64,000 bases of DNA from Candidatus Latescibacterota bacterium. Its GTDB lineage: Bacteria; Latescibacterota; UBA2968; UBA8231. The notes beneath the pieces are model-generated. The model was not told the origin of the DNA. It saw only the letters and a list, made by a program, of their open reading frames with translations, and ran no database searches. Below, in pieces: positions 19,692-29,077 of this stretch (position 1 is its first letter; each line of letters starts with the position of its first letter). Location of the stretch: contig OZ241867.1 in assembly GCA_965203175.1 (NCBI GenBank), positions 2,048,001 through 2,112,000 of the forward strand, read 5' to 3'. The translations under genes were made by a program, and so were the position numbers.

Positions 19692-22043
19692 ATGCTGAGC
19701 AACTATCTGACGATGGCGCTGCGTCTCCTGCGGCGGGAGCGCAGCTACGCGGCGATCAACATCTTCGGCTTGGCGGTCGGCTTTTGCCTGTGTCTGCTGG
19801 TCATCCAACTCGCCGCCTATCAACTCTCGGTTGGCGACTTCCACGAGAAAAAAGACCGGGTTTTCCGCGTGATGGGGCCAACCAGTCATCCAAGAATTCA
19901 TACTACGTCCGGGTACACCTCAAGTATGCCGATACCGCTTGGACCGACCCTCAAGGAGCAATTGCCCGAAGTCGAGGAGGCGGTCCGCTTTAGCTGGAAT
20001 TATCCGCGTCTGTTGCGGGTCGGGGACAAGGAAGGAATATATGAAAAGGTTGGTGGGGTGGAGACGGGCGTTTTCGACATGTTTAGCTTGCCGCTCCTGC
20101 GCGGCGATCCCAAGACGGCCTTGGCGCGTCCCCACACCTTAGTGCTGACCGAGCCGTTGGCCCGCCGGCTCTTTGGCGAAAGCGATCCCATTGGACAGGT
20201 CGTCCGGGTCAATGAGGAGTTCGATTGCGAGGTTACTGGCATCGTCGGCCAGCCGCCCTCCAACTCATTGCTCCAGTTCTCGGCGCTGCTTTCGCTCGCC
20301 ACAGAGTCAATGGCAGCGTATGGCTGGGGCTTTTCAGGCTTCTCAGTCTTCGTGCAGCTAACGCCCGGTGCCGACCCTGCTGCGGTAGCTGCGCGCATTG
20401 CCGACATCGTCAAGGAAGCTAAGGGGTTGCCCGAAGCGTCCGATCCCTACGCGCTGCAACCCCTGAAAGCGATCTACTTCGACACGGAGGCACCTAATCA
20501 CTTTGGCCCGAGGGGCAACACCATGCACCTCGCTTTGTGCGCCATCTTGGCGGTGGTGATCCTAACGATCGCCGGTTTCAACTACGTGAACTTGGCGACG
20601 GCGCGGGCCGGGCGACGGATTCACGAGATCGGTGTGCGCAAGGCCCTCGGCGCTCATCGCGGCCAGCTCATGCGCCAACTTTTGAGCGAGTCCGTGCTGT
20701 TGAGTGCTGCGGCAACGGTGCTAGGCGCAGCCTTAACAGAGGTCTTGACTCCGCTTATACCCGTCATTGCGGGAGCCAATTTCTCGTTGCCCCACTTGCA
20801 CTGGACGATCTCGACCTACGCCGGGGCTGCGGCCTTGGCGGTGGGGGTTGGACTGGTCGCGGGCGCGTACCCGGCGTGGGTAGTGGCGCGCTTTCAGCCG
20901 GCGACCGTGGTACAGGGGGGCCGCGTGGGCGGTGTGCGCCTGCGTCGGGGTTTGGTAGCGGCGCAGTTCACGGTTACGGCGGCGTTAATGACGATGACGC
21001 TGCTGATATGGCACCAAGTCGATTACTTCCAAAACCTCCTCCGCGAGGACTCCATCATGGGGGCAAAACCGGAACAGGTTGTGGTGATCGAGAACCGGGG
21101 CCTGACCGAGGATCAGGCTCGAGCCTTCAAGACGGAGCTGCTTCAGGACAGCCGCATCGCCGCGGTGAGTATCTCTAATACAATACCTGGTGGGGGGGCG
21201 AAAATGGTGTTTGTGAGCGGGGAAGAGCAAATGAAGATAAATGTGTATAAAGCAGATAGCGACTTCGTCGAAATCATGGGGTTGCGCATGGCCCAAGGAC
21301 GCGCCTTGACCGACGAACCGGCCGACGCCCAAGCGGTCGTCATCAACGAGACCGCCGCGAGGATGATGGGATTGGAGGAGCCGCTGGGCAAGATGATCTC
21401 CGCCTCTAGGGGAGACTCGCGCGTCGTGGGCGTGATTGAGGACTTCCACTTCGATGGCCCGCGAAGTAAGATAGAGCCGCTGGTTATATTGCAGATTGAT
21501 GGAGGGGGGCGCGTCATTCTCGTGCGTGCGCAACCCGGCCATCTCGACGCAGTCCTCAAAGTGATCGACGACCAGTGGGCTGCCGTTGAGCCCCATCGCC
21601 CCATTCAGCGCAATTCCCTCGAAGAGGTCGCCACCAAGCTCTACTCCCAAGACCTGATGGTGGGGCGCGCACTCACGCTCTTTCTCTTTTTAGCCATCGC
21701 CGTCGCCTCGGTAGGGCTTTTCGGCATGGCGGCACACGCTGCCCAAGAGCGCACCAAGGAGATCGGCATCCGCAAGGTGTTCGGCGCTTCTCCCGGTGGC
21801 CTCACCGCTATGATGATGCGGGACTTCGCCAAACCCGTTGCCATCGCCTTCCTGCTCAGCGTGCCCATCGCCTACGGCTTGGCCACTCACTGGCTACAGG
21901 AGTTTGCCTATCGCGTGGAGATCGGCGTGGGCCTGTTCCTGTTGTCGGGCGCTTTGTCCTTCGTCATCGCCGGGCTGACGGTGGGTCACCAAGCGATGCG
22001 GGCGGCGCTGACCAATCCGATAGAAACGCTGCGCACTGAATAA
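19692..22043 (+). CDS. FtsX/MacB-type duplicated ABC permease A3
   Basis: Paralog of A1. The start is set at MLSNYL after the shared AAAGGAACTATC leader. Confidence 0.92.
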   Translation: MLSNYLTMALRLLRRERSYAAINIFGLAVGFCLCLLVIQLAAYQLSVGDFHEKKDRVFRVMGPTSHPRIHTTSGYTSSMPIPLGPTLKEQLPEVEEAVRFSWNYPRLLRVGDKEGIYEKVGGVETGVFDMFSLPLLRGDPKTALARPHTLVLTEPLARRLFGESDPIGQVVRVNEEFDCEVTGIVGQPPSNSLLQFSALLSLATESMAAYGWGFSGFSVFVQLTPGADPAAVAARIADIVKEAKGLPEASDPYALQPLKAIYFDTEAPNHFGPRGNTMHLALCAILAVVILTIAGFNYVNLATARAGRRIHEIGVRKALGAHRGQLMRQLLSESVLLSAAATVLGAALTEVLTPLIPVIAGANFSLPHLHWTISTYAGAAALAVGVGLVAGAYPAWVVARFQPATVVQGGRVGGVRLRRGLVAAQFTVTAALMTMTLLIWHQVDYFQNLLREDSIMGAKPEQVVVIENRGLTEDQARAFKTELLQDSRIAAVSISNTIPGGGAKMVFVSGEEQMKINVYKADSDFVEIMGLRMAQGRALTDEPADAQAVVINETAARMMGLEEPLGKMISASRGDSRVVGVIEDFHFDGPRSKIEPLVILQIDGGGRVILVRAQPGHLDAVLKVIDDQWAAVEPHRPIQRNSLEEVATKLYSQDLMVGRALTLFLFLAIAVASVGLFGMAAHAAQERTKEIGIRKVFGASPGGLTAMMMRDFAKPVAIAFLLSVPIAYGLATHWLQEFAYRVEIGVGLFLLSGALSFVIAGLTVGHQAMRAALTNPIETLRTE

Positions 22044-22107
22044 CCAAGACGCTGAACGATATGCACGACCCTAAAAAAATCCTCACTGCGACACGAAGGG
22101 AACTATC

Positions 22108-24444
22108 ATGCTGGGTAATTACCTGACGACGGCGCTGCGCCTTTTGTGGCGGGAGCGCGGCTATGCGGCGATCAACATCTTCGGCTTGGCGGTTGGCTTT
22201 TGCCTGTGCCTGCTGACCGTCCAACTCGCCGCCTATCAACTCTCTGTTGGCGACTTTCACAAGAAAAAAGATCGGGTATTTCGCGTGTTGGTATCAGACA
22301 CGCAGAATACCAAGTACACAGCAGGGGTGCGAATACCACTGGGGCCGACCCTCAAGGAGCAATTGCCCGAAGTCGAGGGGGCGGTACGCTTTAGTCGAAG
22401 TTGGCCGCGTCTCCTTCGGGTCGGGGACGAGGACGGAATATATGAAAAGGTTGGTGAGGCGGAAGCCGGCGCTTTAGACATGTTCAGCTTGCCGCTGCTA
22501 CGCGGAGACTTGAAGACGGCCTTGGCGCGCCCCTACACCATGGTGCTGACCGAACCATTGGCCCGCCGGCTCTTCGGCGAGAGCGATCCCATCGGACAGG
22601 TCGTCCGCGTCGGAAAGACAGACGATTACGAAGTTACTGGCATCGTCGGCCAGTTGCCCGCCAACTCGCTGCTCCAGTTTTCGGCGCTGCGTTCGCTTTC
22701 CACCGCCACAAACCCAATGTTGGCGTCTGGTTGGAACGCTTCAGCCTTTGAGACCTTCGTGCAGCTAACGCCCGGTGCCGACCCTGCTGCGGTAGCCGCG
22801 CGCATTGCCGGCATCGTCAAGGAAGTTAGGGGGCTGCCCGAAGCGCCCGGTTCCTACGCGCTACAGCCGCTGAAATCGATCTACTTCGACACCGAAGTGC
22901 CCAACAGCGTCGGTCCAAGTGGCAATCCCGTGTACCTCGCTGTATGCGCCATCTTAGCGGTGGTGATCCTGACAATCGCCGGGGTCAACTACGTGAACTT
23001 GGCGACGGCGCGGGCGGGGCGACGAATTCACGAGATCGGTGTGCGCAAGGCCCTCGGCGCTCATCGCGGCCAACTCATGCGCCAACTTTTGAGCGAGTCG
23101 GTGCTGTTGAGTACTGCGGCAACGGTGCTAGGCGTTGCCATGGCAGAGGTTATGGTTGTGCTCCTACCTGCGCTTGTGGGATTCGATTTTGAATGGTCAG
23201 CCCTGCGCTGGACGATCTCGACCTATGCTGGGGCTGCGGTGCTGGCGATGGGGGTCGGACTGGTCGCAGGCGCATACCCGGCGTGGGCCGTGGCGCGCTT
23301 TCAGCCGGCGACCGTAGTGCAGGGGGGGCGCGTGGGCGGTGTACTCCTGCGTCGGGGTTTGGTGGTGACGCAGTTCACGGCCACTACGGCGTTGCTGACG
23401 ATGACACTCCTGATGTGGCACCAACTCGATTACATCCAAGACCTTCTCCGCGAAGACTCCATCTTGGGGGCAAAGCCGGAACAGGTTGTCGTCGTCGAAA
23501 ACCGCGGTCTGACCATGGATCAGGCTCGAGCCTTCAAGACGGAGTTGCTGCAGGACAGCCGCATCGCCGCAGTGAGTCTCTCTATGACAGTACCTGGTCA
23601 GGGGTTCGGAATGACTATGAGAGGGGAAGATCAAATAGAAATAAATGTGTATCAAGCAGATAGCGACTTCGTCGAAATCATGGGGTTGCGCATGGCCCAA
23701 GGACGCGCCTTGACCAACGATCCAGCCGATGCCGACGCGGTCGTCATCAACGAGACCGCCGCGAGGATATTGGGATTGGCAGAGCCGCTGGGCGAGACGA
23801 TCGCCGTCCAGGGAGGAAAGCGCGTCGTCGGCGTGCTTGAGGACTTCCACTTCCACGGCCCGCGCCATGAGATAGAGCCACTAATTATAGAACAGGTCGC
23901 TGGATGGGCGGGCGTCATTATCGTGCGGGTGCAGCCCGGCCATCTCGACGCAGCCCTCAAAGTGATCGACGACCAGTGGACTACCGTTGAGCCCTACCGC
24001 CCCATTCAGCGCAATTCCCTTGAAGAGGTCACCGCCAGCCTCTACTCCGAGGAACTGATGGTAGGCCGTGCGCTTACTCTCTTCCTCTTGTTAGCCATCG
24101 CCGTCGCTTCGGTGGGACTCTTCGGCATGGCCGCACACGCCGCGCATGAGCGCACCAAGGAGATCGGCATCCGCAAGGTGTTCGGCGCTTCTCCCGGCGG
24201 CTTGACCGCTATGATGATGCGCGACTTTGCCAAACCCGTTGCCATCGCCTTCCTGCTCAGCGTGCCCATCGCCTATGGGTTGGCCACCCACTGGCTACAG
24301 GGGTTTGTCTATCGCGTAGAAATCGGCGTGGGCCTGTTCCTAGTGTCGGGTGCTTTGTCCTTCGCCATCGCCGGGCTGACGGTGGGTCACCAAGCGATGC
24401 GAGCGGCGCTGACCAATCCGATAGAGACGCTGCGCACGGAGTAG
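22108..24444 (+). CDS. FtsX/MacB-type duplicated ABC permease A4
   Basis: 778 aa; paralog of A1-A3. Confidence 0.92.
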   Translation: MLGNYLTTALRLLWRERGYAAINIFGLAVGFCLCLLTVQLAAYQLSVGDFHKKKDRVFRVLVSDTQNTKYTAGVRIPLGPTLKEQLPEVEGAVRFSRSWPRLLRVGDEDGIYEKVGEAEAGALDMFSLPLLRGDLKTALARPYTMVLTEPLARRLFGESDPIGQVVRVGKTDDYEVTGIVGQLPANSLLQFSALRSLSTATNPMLASGWNASAFETFVQLTPGADPAAVAARIAGIVKEVRGLPEAPGSYALQPLKSIYFDTEVPNSVGPSGNPVYLAVCAILAVVILTIAGVNYVNLATARAGRRIHEIGVRKALGAHRGQLMRQLLSESVLLSTAATVLGVAMAEVMVVLLPALVGFDFEWSALRWTISTYAGAAVLAMGVGLVAGAYPAWAVARFQPATVVQGGRVGGVLLRRGLVVTQFTATTALLTMTLLMWHQLDYIQDLLREDSILGAKPEQVVVVENRGLTMDQARAFKTELLQDSRIAAVSLSMTVPGQGFGMTMRGEDQIEINVYQADSDFVEIMGLRMAQGRALTNDPADADAVVINETAARILGLAEPLGETIAVQGGKRVVGVLEDFHFHGPRHEIEPLIIEQVAGWAGVIIVRVQPGHLDAALKVIDDQWTTVEPYRPIQRNSLEEVTASLYSEELMVGRALTLFLLLAIAVASVGLFGMAAHAAHERTKEIGIRKVFGASPGGLTAMMMRDFAKPVAIAFLLSVPIAYGLATHWLQGFVYRVEIGVGLFLVSGALSFAIAGLTVGHQAMRAALTNPIETLRTE

Positions 24445-24523
24445 CCAGCACTGGCTTCGTCGGCAGCAGGAAAGAGACTTCCAATGCCGCCCGCCGAGGG
24501 CATTTGCTGAAAGGAAATACCAA

Positions 24524-25771
24524 ATGAATAGATCATTCGCAGTAGCGGTCGTGTTGTTGCTGGCGTCGCATCCACTATGGGCCGGGGAGAAGCAGGGCTC
24601 TTGGGACAGCAGCAGGTACTTGGGGTGGGAGCAAAAGTGGGGGGTGGGCGACGCGCATCTATACTACGACGACGTAAATCCCTTGGTGCGGTACAACCGG
24701 GTGGAGGGTTTGCTGGTGGGTGCTCGGGTGCCGCGCTCCTACCGCGACTGTCAGGGCTTTGCACCCTATGGGGAACTGGCCTATAGCTTTGGCAACAGCG
24801 CATGGCACTACCAAGCTGGCACCCAAGTATTCACGTTCCAAGCCTGCCACCGCGACAACCCCCACCTCGCCAGCTTGGGGGTCGAGGTGCACGATCTGAC
24901 CGCCACGCAGGACGACTATCTGGTGCCCGAGGAGGCGAACTCGCTGTATGCGGCGCTGTTCCGGCGCGATATGCGCGATTACTACCGTCGCGTCGGCTGG
25001 AGCGTCTATGCGGTGCAGAACTTGGCCGGCGCAGTGCAGCTTACCGGGCGCTTGGCTCACGACGAATTCTTCAACTTGGAAAATGCAGTCCATTGGATCT
25101 TGCTGGGCAACCGCTTGGCCCGCGACCAGTTCCGCGCCAATCCGGCAATAGACGAGGGCACGGCGGTCCGTTTGCAAGCCGAGGTGCAGTTCGACTCCCG
25201 GTCTAATGGAGACCAGCGGCAGGGGTGGCTGGTCAATGCCTTGGCCGAACGCGCTGGCGACTTGGGCGGAGAATACGCCTTCCGTCGCTATCTAATAGAC
25301 CTCCGCCGCTATCACCCCATCGCCCGTGGTACCCAGATAGACTTGCGGCTTCGTCTCGGGCGGGGAGATGGGGGCGTGGGGCGGTGTATAGGAGACGGCG
25401 ATACATGCTCGTCTCAAGGAGGCCTGCCGCGGCAATACTTGTTCGATCTGGGAGGCTATTCGACGCTGCGGGGGTATCCGTACAAGGCATTTACCGGGGA
25501 CCGGATGATCCTCCTCAACGCCGAATACTGGATTTACGCTGACCACGCAGACGAATGGCGCGCTGGCGTCCTCTTTGACGTGGGTTCGGCTTGGTTTGCC
25601 CGGCTGGAGGACGCTGCAAAGATCGGAGTCGGGGAATCGCTCGACACCGACTTCAAGGCCAGCCTTGGTTTTGGGATAGGCGACGATGAGTGCCAATTCG
25701 AGTTGGCTAGGCCGTTCGGGCAACGCGACGCCGATTGGCACTATGCGATCCGGTTCAGCGAGACGTTCTAG
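24524..25771 (+). CDS. Omp85/BamA-TamA-family outer-membrane beta-barrel without POTRA domains
   Basis: Signal peptide; RYNRVEGL; amphipathic strands; loop-6-like LGGYSTLRGYPYKAFTGDRMILLNAEY; LFDVGSAW; C-terminal Phe. Confidence 0.7.
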   Translation: MNRSFAVAVVLLLASHPLWAGEKQGSWDSSRYLGWEQKWGVGDAHLYYDDVNPLVRYNRVEGLLVGARVPRSYRDCQGFAPYGELAYSFGNSAWHYQAGTQVFTFQACHRDNPHLASLGVEVHDLTATQDDYLVPEEANSLYAALFRRDMRDYYRRVGWSVYAVQNLAGAVQLTGRLAHDEFFNLENAVHWILLGNRLARDQFRANPAIDEGTAVRLQAEVQFDSRSNGDQRQGWLVNALAERAGDLGGEYAFRRYLIDLRRYHPIARGTQIDLRLRLGRGDGGVGRCIGDGDTCSSQGGLPRQYLFDLGGYSTLRGYPYKAFTGDRMILLNAEYWIYADHADEWRAGVLFDVGSAWFARLEDAAKIGVGESLDTDFKASLGFGIGDDECQFELARPFGQRDADWHYAIRFSETF

Positions 25772-25800
25772 GGACTTACTACGAGACGAAAGGAACTACC

Positions 25801-25940
25801 ATGCTGGGTAACTATCTGACGACGGCGCTGCGCCTTTTGTGGCGGGCGCTTTGTCCTTTGTCATCGCCGGGTTAACGGTGGGGCACCAAGCGATGCGGGC
25901 GGCCTTGACCAATCCGATAGAAACGCTGCGCACTGAATAA
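25801..25940 (+). pseudogene. Internally deleted subfamily-A permease (first ~46 nt fused to last ~95 nt)
   Basis: Leader, RBS and MLGNYLTTALRLLWR are joined out of frame, at CGGG microhomology, to sequence encoding ..ALSFVIAGLTVGHQAMRAALTNPIETLRTE*. Confidence 0.9.
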
Positions 25941-25960
25941 CTAAGACGTGGAGGCACATC

Positions 25961-26635
25961 ATGATCGAAATGCACGACATCGAAAAATACCACCAATCCG
26001 GTCCCCGCAAGACCTACGTGCTGCGCTACGTAAACCTGAACGTCGCCGAGGGCGAATTCGTGTCCATTATGGGGCCGAGCGGCGCGGGCAAATCGACGCT
26101 GTTGCACATCATGGGGATGCTCGATGAGCCGACGGCTGGGTCGTATCGGTTTCTCGGCGAAGAGGTGGGTGGAATGGGGGAGAAGGAACGCACTGAGATC
26201 CATCGGCAGCACATTGGTTTTGTCTTCCAAGCCTATCACCTGATTGACGAGCAGACGGTGTACGAAAACCTGGAGATGCCGCTGCTCTACCAAAAGGTGA
26301 AGGGAGCCGAGCGCAAGGCGCGGGTGAGCGAGCTGCTCGACCGCTTCCAGATGGTGGCCAAAAAGGACCTGTTCCCGCACCAGCTTTCCGGTGGCGAGCA
26401 GCAGCGCGTTGGCGTGGCGCGAGCCCTGATTGGCCAGCCGACGCTGATTCTCGCCGACGAGCCTACGGGCAACCTCAACTCCAAGCAGGGGGAAGAGGTG
26501 ATGGACATGCTGCGAGAGCTAAACGACGAGGGCACGACGATTGTGCAGGTGACTCATTCGGAGAAAAACGCTGGCTACGGTAGCCGGGTGGTGCATCTGT
26601 TGGACGGCAAGATAGAGCAAGAGGGAAGGTACTAA
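25961..26635 (+). CDS. ABC transporter ATP-binding protein 2 (MacB/LolD-like)
   Basis: [42 protein letters not shown]. Confidence 0.95.
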   Translation: MIEMHDIEKYHQSGPRKTYVLRYVNLNVAEGEFVSIMGPSGAGKSTLLHIMGMLDEPTAGSYRFLGEEVGGMGEKERTEIHRQHIGFVFQAYHLIDEQTVYENLEMPLLYQKVKGAERKARVSELLDRFQMVAKKDLFPHQLSGGEQQRVGVARALIGQPTLILADEPTGNLNSKQGEEVMDMLRELNDEGTTIVQVTHSEKNAGYGSRVVHLLDGKIEQEGRY

Positions 26636-26654
26636 CCAAGAGGGAGGTACTAAC
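26618..26654 (+). repeat. Tandem ~18-bp duplication spanning ATPase stop and permease RBS
   Basis: CAAGAGGGAAGGTACTAAC followed by CAAGAGGGAGGTACTAAC. Confidence 0.8.
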
Positions 26655-26655
26655 C

Positions 26656-29025
26656 ATGCTGCGCAATAACCTGATCGTCGCTTGGCGCAATCTGCGCCGC
26701 TATCGGATGTACACTGCGATCAACGTGGGTGGGCTGGCCGCAGCCTTCGCGGTGACCATCTTTGCCGGCCTGTACATACATAGCGAACTGACGTGGGACC
26801 GCTTTCACACCAAGGGCGAGCAGATCTACCAAGTTTACGTAATATGGTCCGAAGCCGAGGATCCCGGGGTACTGCGGAGCTCCTACAGGTGGACGCCCAA
26901 GGCCCTCGGTGCCGAGATGGTAGCTACGATCCCAGGGGTGTTGCGCTCGGTGCGCGTCGAAGAAGACGAGCCTGGGGTACTGAGTCACGGGGACCGGGTC
27001 TTCGATGCACGGGGACAGTTCACCGATCCCGGGTTCTTTGAGTTGTTCAGCTTCCCGCTGATTGAGGGCGACCCGAACACGGCGCTCGACGCACCGCACT
27101 CGATCGTGTTGTCGAGGCGGATGGCGCGGCGGTTGTTCGGCGACGGAGATCCCATGGGCCAGACCCTCCAACTGGGGTACCAAGGTGCCGGTGGGGACTT
27201 CATCGTCACCGGCATCGCCGCTGACGTGCCGTACGCGTCCAGCCTGCAATTCGACTGGTTGATCCCCTTCGTCCACTTGGAGGCCCAAAGGCCCCCCGGC
27301 CCTTGGGACATTGGCGGCCAGACCTATCTGCAAATCGCCGATGCCGCGGGTGTGGAGGCGGCCTTGGTCTTCGACCTAGACCGCTACATGGAGAAGAAGG
27401 GGGACAGCCTCGCCCTAGTGCCCCTGTTCGACAAGCATCTGCACTCTGAAGTCAGCCACGGCAAGTCGGAAATCTACGTCTTCGGATTCGTCGCCTGCCT
27501 CGTGCTGCTGCTAGCGTGCATCAACTACGCCAATCTGGCGGCGGGCATGTCGCTGACGAGGGCGCACGAAGTGGGTGTGCGCAAAGTGATGGGTGCCGGA
27601 CGGGGGCAGCTAGTACGCCAGTACTTCGCCGAGTCCTTGCTGCTCAGCTTCGCCGCCTTGGCGCTGGCCGTGCTGCTGGCGGAGACCTTGCTGCCGGGCC
27701 TGAATCGTCTGATGACGATGCCTGGAGAGTTTGAACTGCGCCTCGACTTGCGGTACACGCCGTGGATGATCGCGGCCCTAGCTGGGTTCGGCGTGGTCAT
27801 GGGAGTCGTGGCGGGCGCATATCCGGCGCTGGTGCAGTCGCGGATGCAGCCGGTCGAGATTCTACAGGACAGGCTCCAAGTGCAGGGCCGTTCTGGCCGC
27901 ATCCTAGTAGTTGTGCAGTTCGTGGCCGCCACGGTATTCCTCACCGCAGCCCTCGTCGTGGACCGGCAGGTCAATCACTGGATGTCTCTGGACCAAGGCT
28001 ACGACTCTCGGCTCGTGGTCTGCATTCCGACCTTCGCGGATCACTCGCACGAGGACGGGGTACACGAGACGCGGCGCTTCCTCGATATTTTCCGTCGGGA
28101 GGTGCTCCCCCTTCCGGGCGTGCTTGCTGTGTCCGGCTCGCAGGACTTCGTCCCCAGGAGTGGAAGTTTTTCCTTCCGTGACCGCAATGGAAATCGGACG
28201 CGGGTTTCGGCGATCGAGGCTGATCCCTACTTCCTGCACACCCTCGGCTTGGAACTGATTGAGGGCGAGGACTTCTCGCCGGATCTGCTGGCCAGCGGTG
28301 GAACCGCGCTGGTCAACGAGGGGCTGGCGGCTCAGTTGGAGGGACAGGTAGTAGGCGTAGAGCTCGAAGAAGGCGATCGCTATCCTGGCCACCAGACGCG
28401 GATCATCGGCGTAGTCTCCAACTTCGAGCACTCACCGCATTATGCCGCTTCCCACCCCCTCATAATCAGCGTACGACCCGAACACTCCATTGAGACGGTG
28501 CTGGTAAGAGTGCGGCCCGGAGATGTGTCCGGGACGCTCGCAGGACTGCGAGATGCTTGGGTCCGGATGGCTCCCGAGGTGCCCTTTAGCTATCGCTTCC
28601 TCGATGACCATATCGCCGAGCGCTTTATGGGGAAGGCTATGCTTGCCAGCCTGACGCGCTGGCTGGCCGGATTCCTGGCCCTAATCGCCTGTCTCGGCGT
28701 CTTCGGCATGGCTTCCCTCGCCGTCAGCCGACGCACGAAAGAGGTAGCCGTGCGCAAGGTACTCGGCGCCTCGACGGCGAGCGTGGCCGTGCTGTTGTCG
28801 TCGCAGTCCACGCGGCTCGTGCTGATCGCCGTGGTCATCGCCATGCCTCTGGCCTACCGGCTCTCGGAGTATTTACTCCGCAGCGAAGTGAACCGCATCG
28901 AGCTCGACCTGCTCAGCTACTCGGCCGGCGGCCTGATCGCCTTGGGCTTGACTTGGCTGGTGTCGGGATACCACGCGGTTCGAGCGGCGATGGCGAATCC
29001 GGTGGACTCGCTGCGCAGTGAGTAG
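26656..29025 (+). CDS. FtsX/MacB-type duplicated ABC permease B1
   Basis: 789 aa; INVGGLA, INYANL..RAHEVGVRK, RRTKEVAVRKVLGA, NPVDSLRSE. Confidence 0.92.
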   Translation: MLRNNLIVAWRNLRRYRMYTAINVGGLAAAFAVTIFAGLYIHSELTWDRFHTKGEQIYQVYVIWSEAEDPGVLRSSYRWTPKALGAEMVATIPGVLRSVRVEEDEPGVLSHGDRVFDARGQFTDPGFFELFSFPLIEGDPNTALDAPHSIVLSRRMARRLFGDGDPMGQTLQLGYQGAGGDFIVTGIAADVPYASSLQFDWLIPFVHLEAQRPPGPWDIGGQTYLQIADAAGVEAALVFDLDRYMEKKGDSLALVPLFDKHLHSEVSHGKSEIYVFGFVACLVLLLACINYANLAAGMSLTRAHEVGVRKVMGAGRGQLVRQYFAESLLLSFAALALAVLLAETLLPGLNRLMTMPGEFELRLDLRYTPWMIAALAGFGVVMGVVAGAYPALVQSRMQPVEILQDRLQVQGRSGRILVVVQFVAATVFLTAALVVDRQVNHWMSLDQGYDSRLVVCIPTFADHSHEDGVHETRRFLDIFRREVLPLPGVLAVSGSQDFVPRSGSFSFRDRNGNRTRVSAIEADPYFLHTLGLELIEGEDFSPDLLASGGTALVNEGLAAQLEGQVVGVELEEGDRYPGHQTRIIGVVSNFEHSPHYAASHPLIISVRPEHSIETVLVRVRPGDVSGTLAGLRDAWVRMAPEVPFSYRFLDDHIAERFMGKAMLASLTRWLAGFLALIACLGVFGMASLAVSRRTKEVAVRKVLGASTASVAVLLSSQSTRLVLIAVVIAMPLAYRLSEYLLRSEVNRIELDLLSYSAGGLIALGLTWLVSGYHAVRAAMANPVDSLRSE

Positions 29026-29053
29026 AGGGATTCCCTACAAATCGCATCGCTTT
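29022..29053 (+). repeat. Conserved post-permease intergenic element, copy 1 (others at 31441-31472, 36291-36322, degenerate 38831-38874)
   Basis: GTAGAGGGATTCYCTAC followed by the dyad AARTCR-N3-YGMTTT. Confidence 0.7.
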
Positions 29054-29077
29054 AGCGCGAAAAAGAGGGTACTAACC

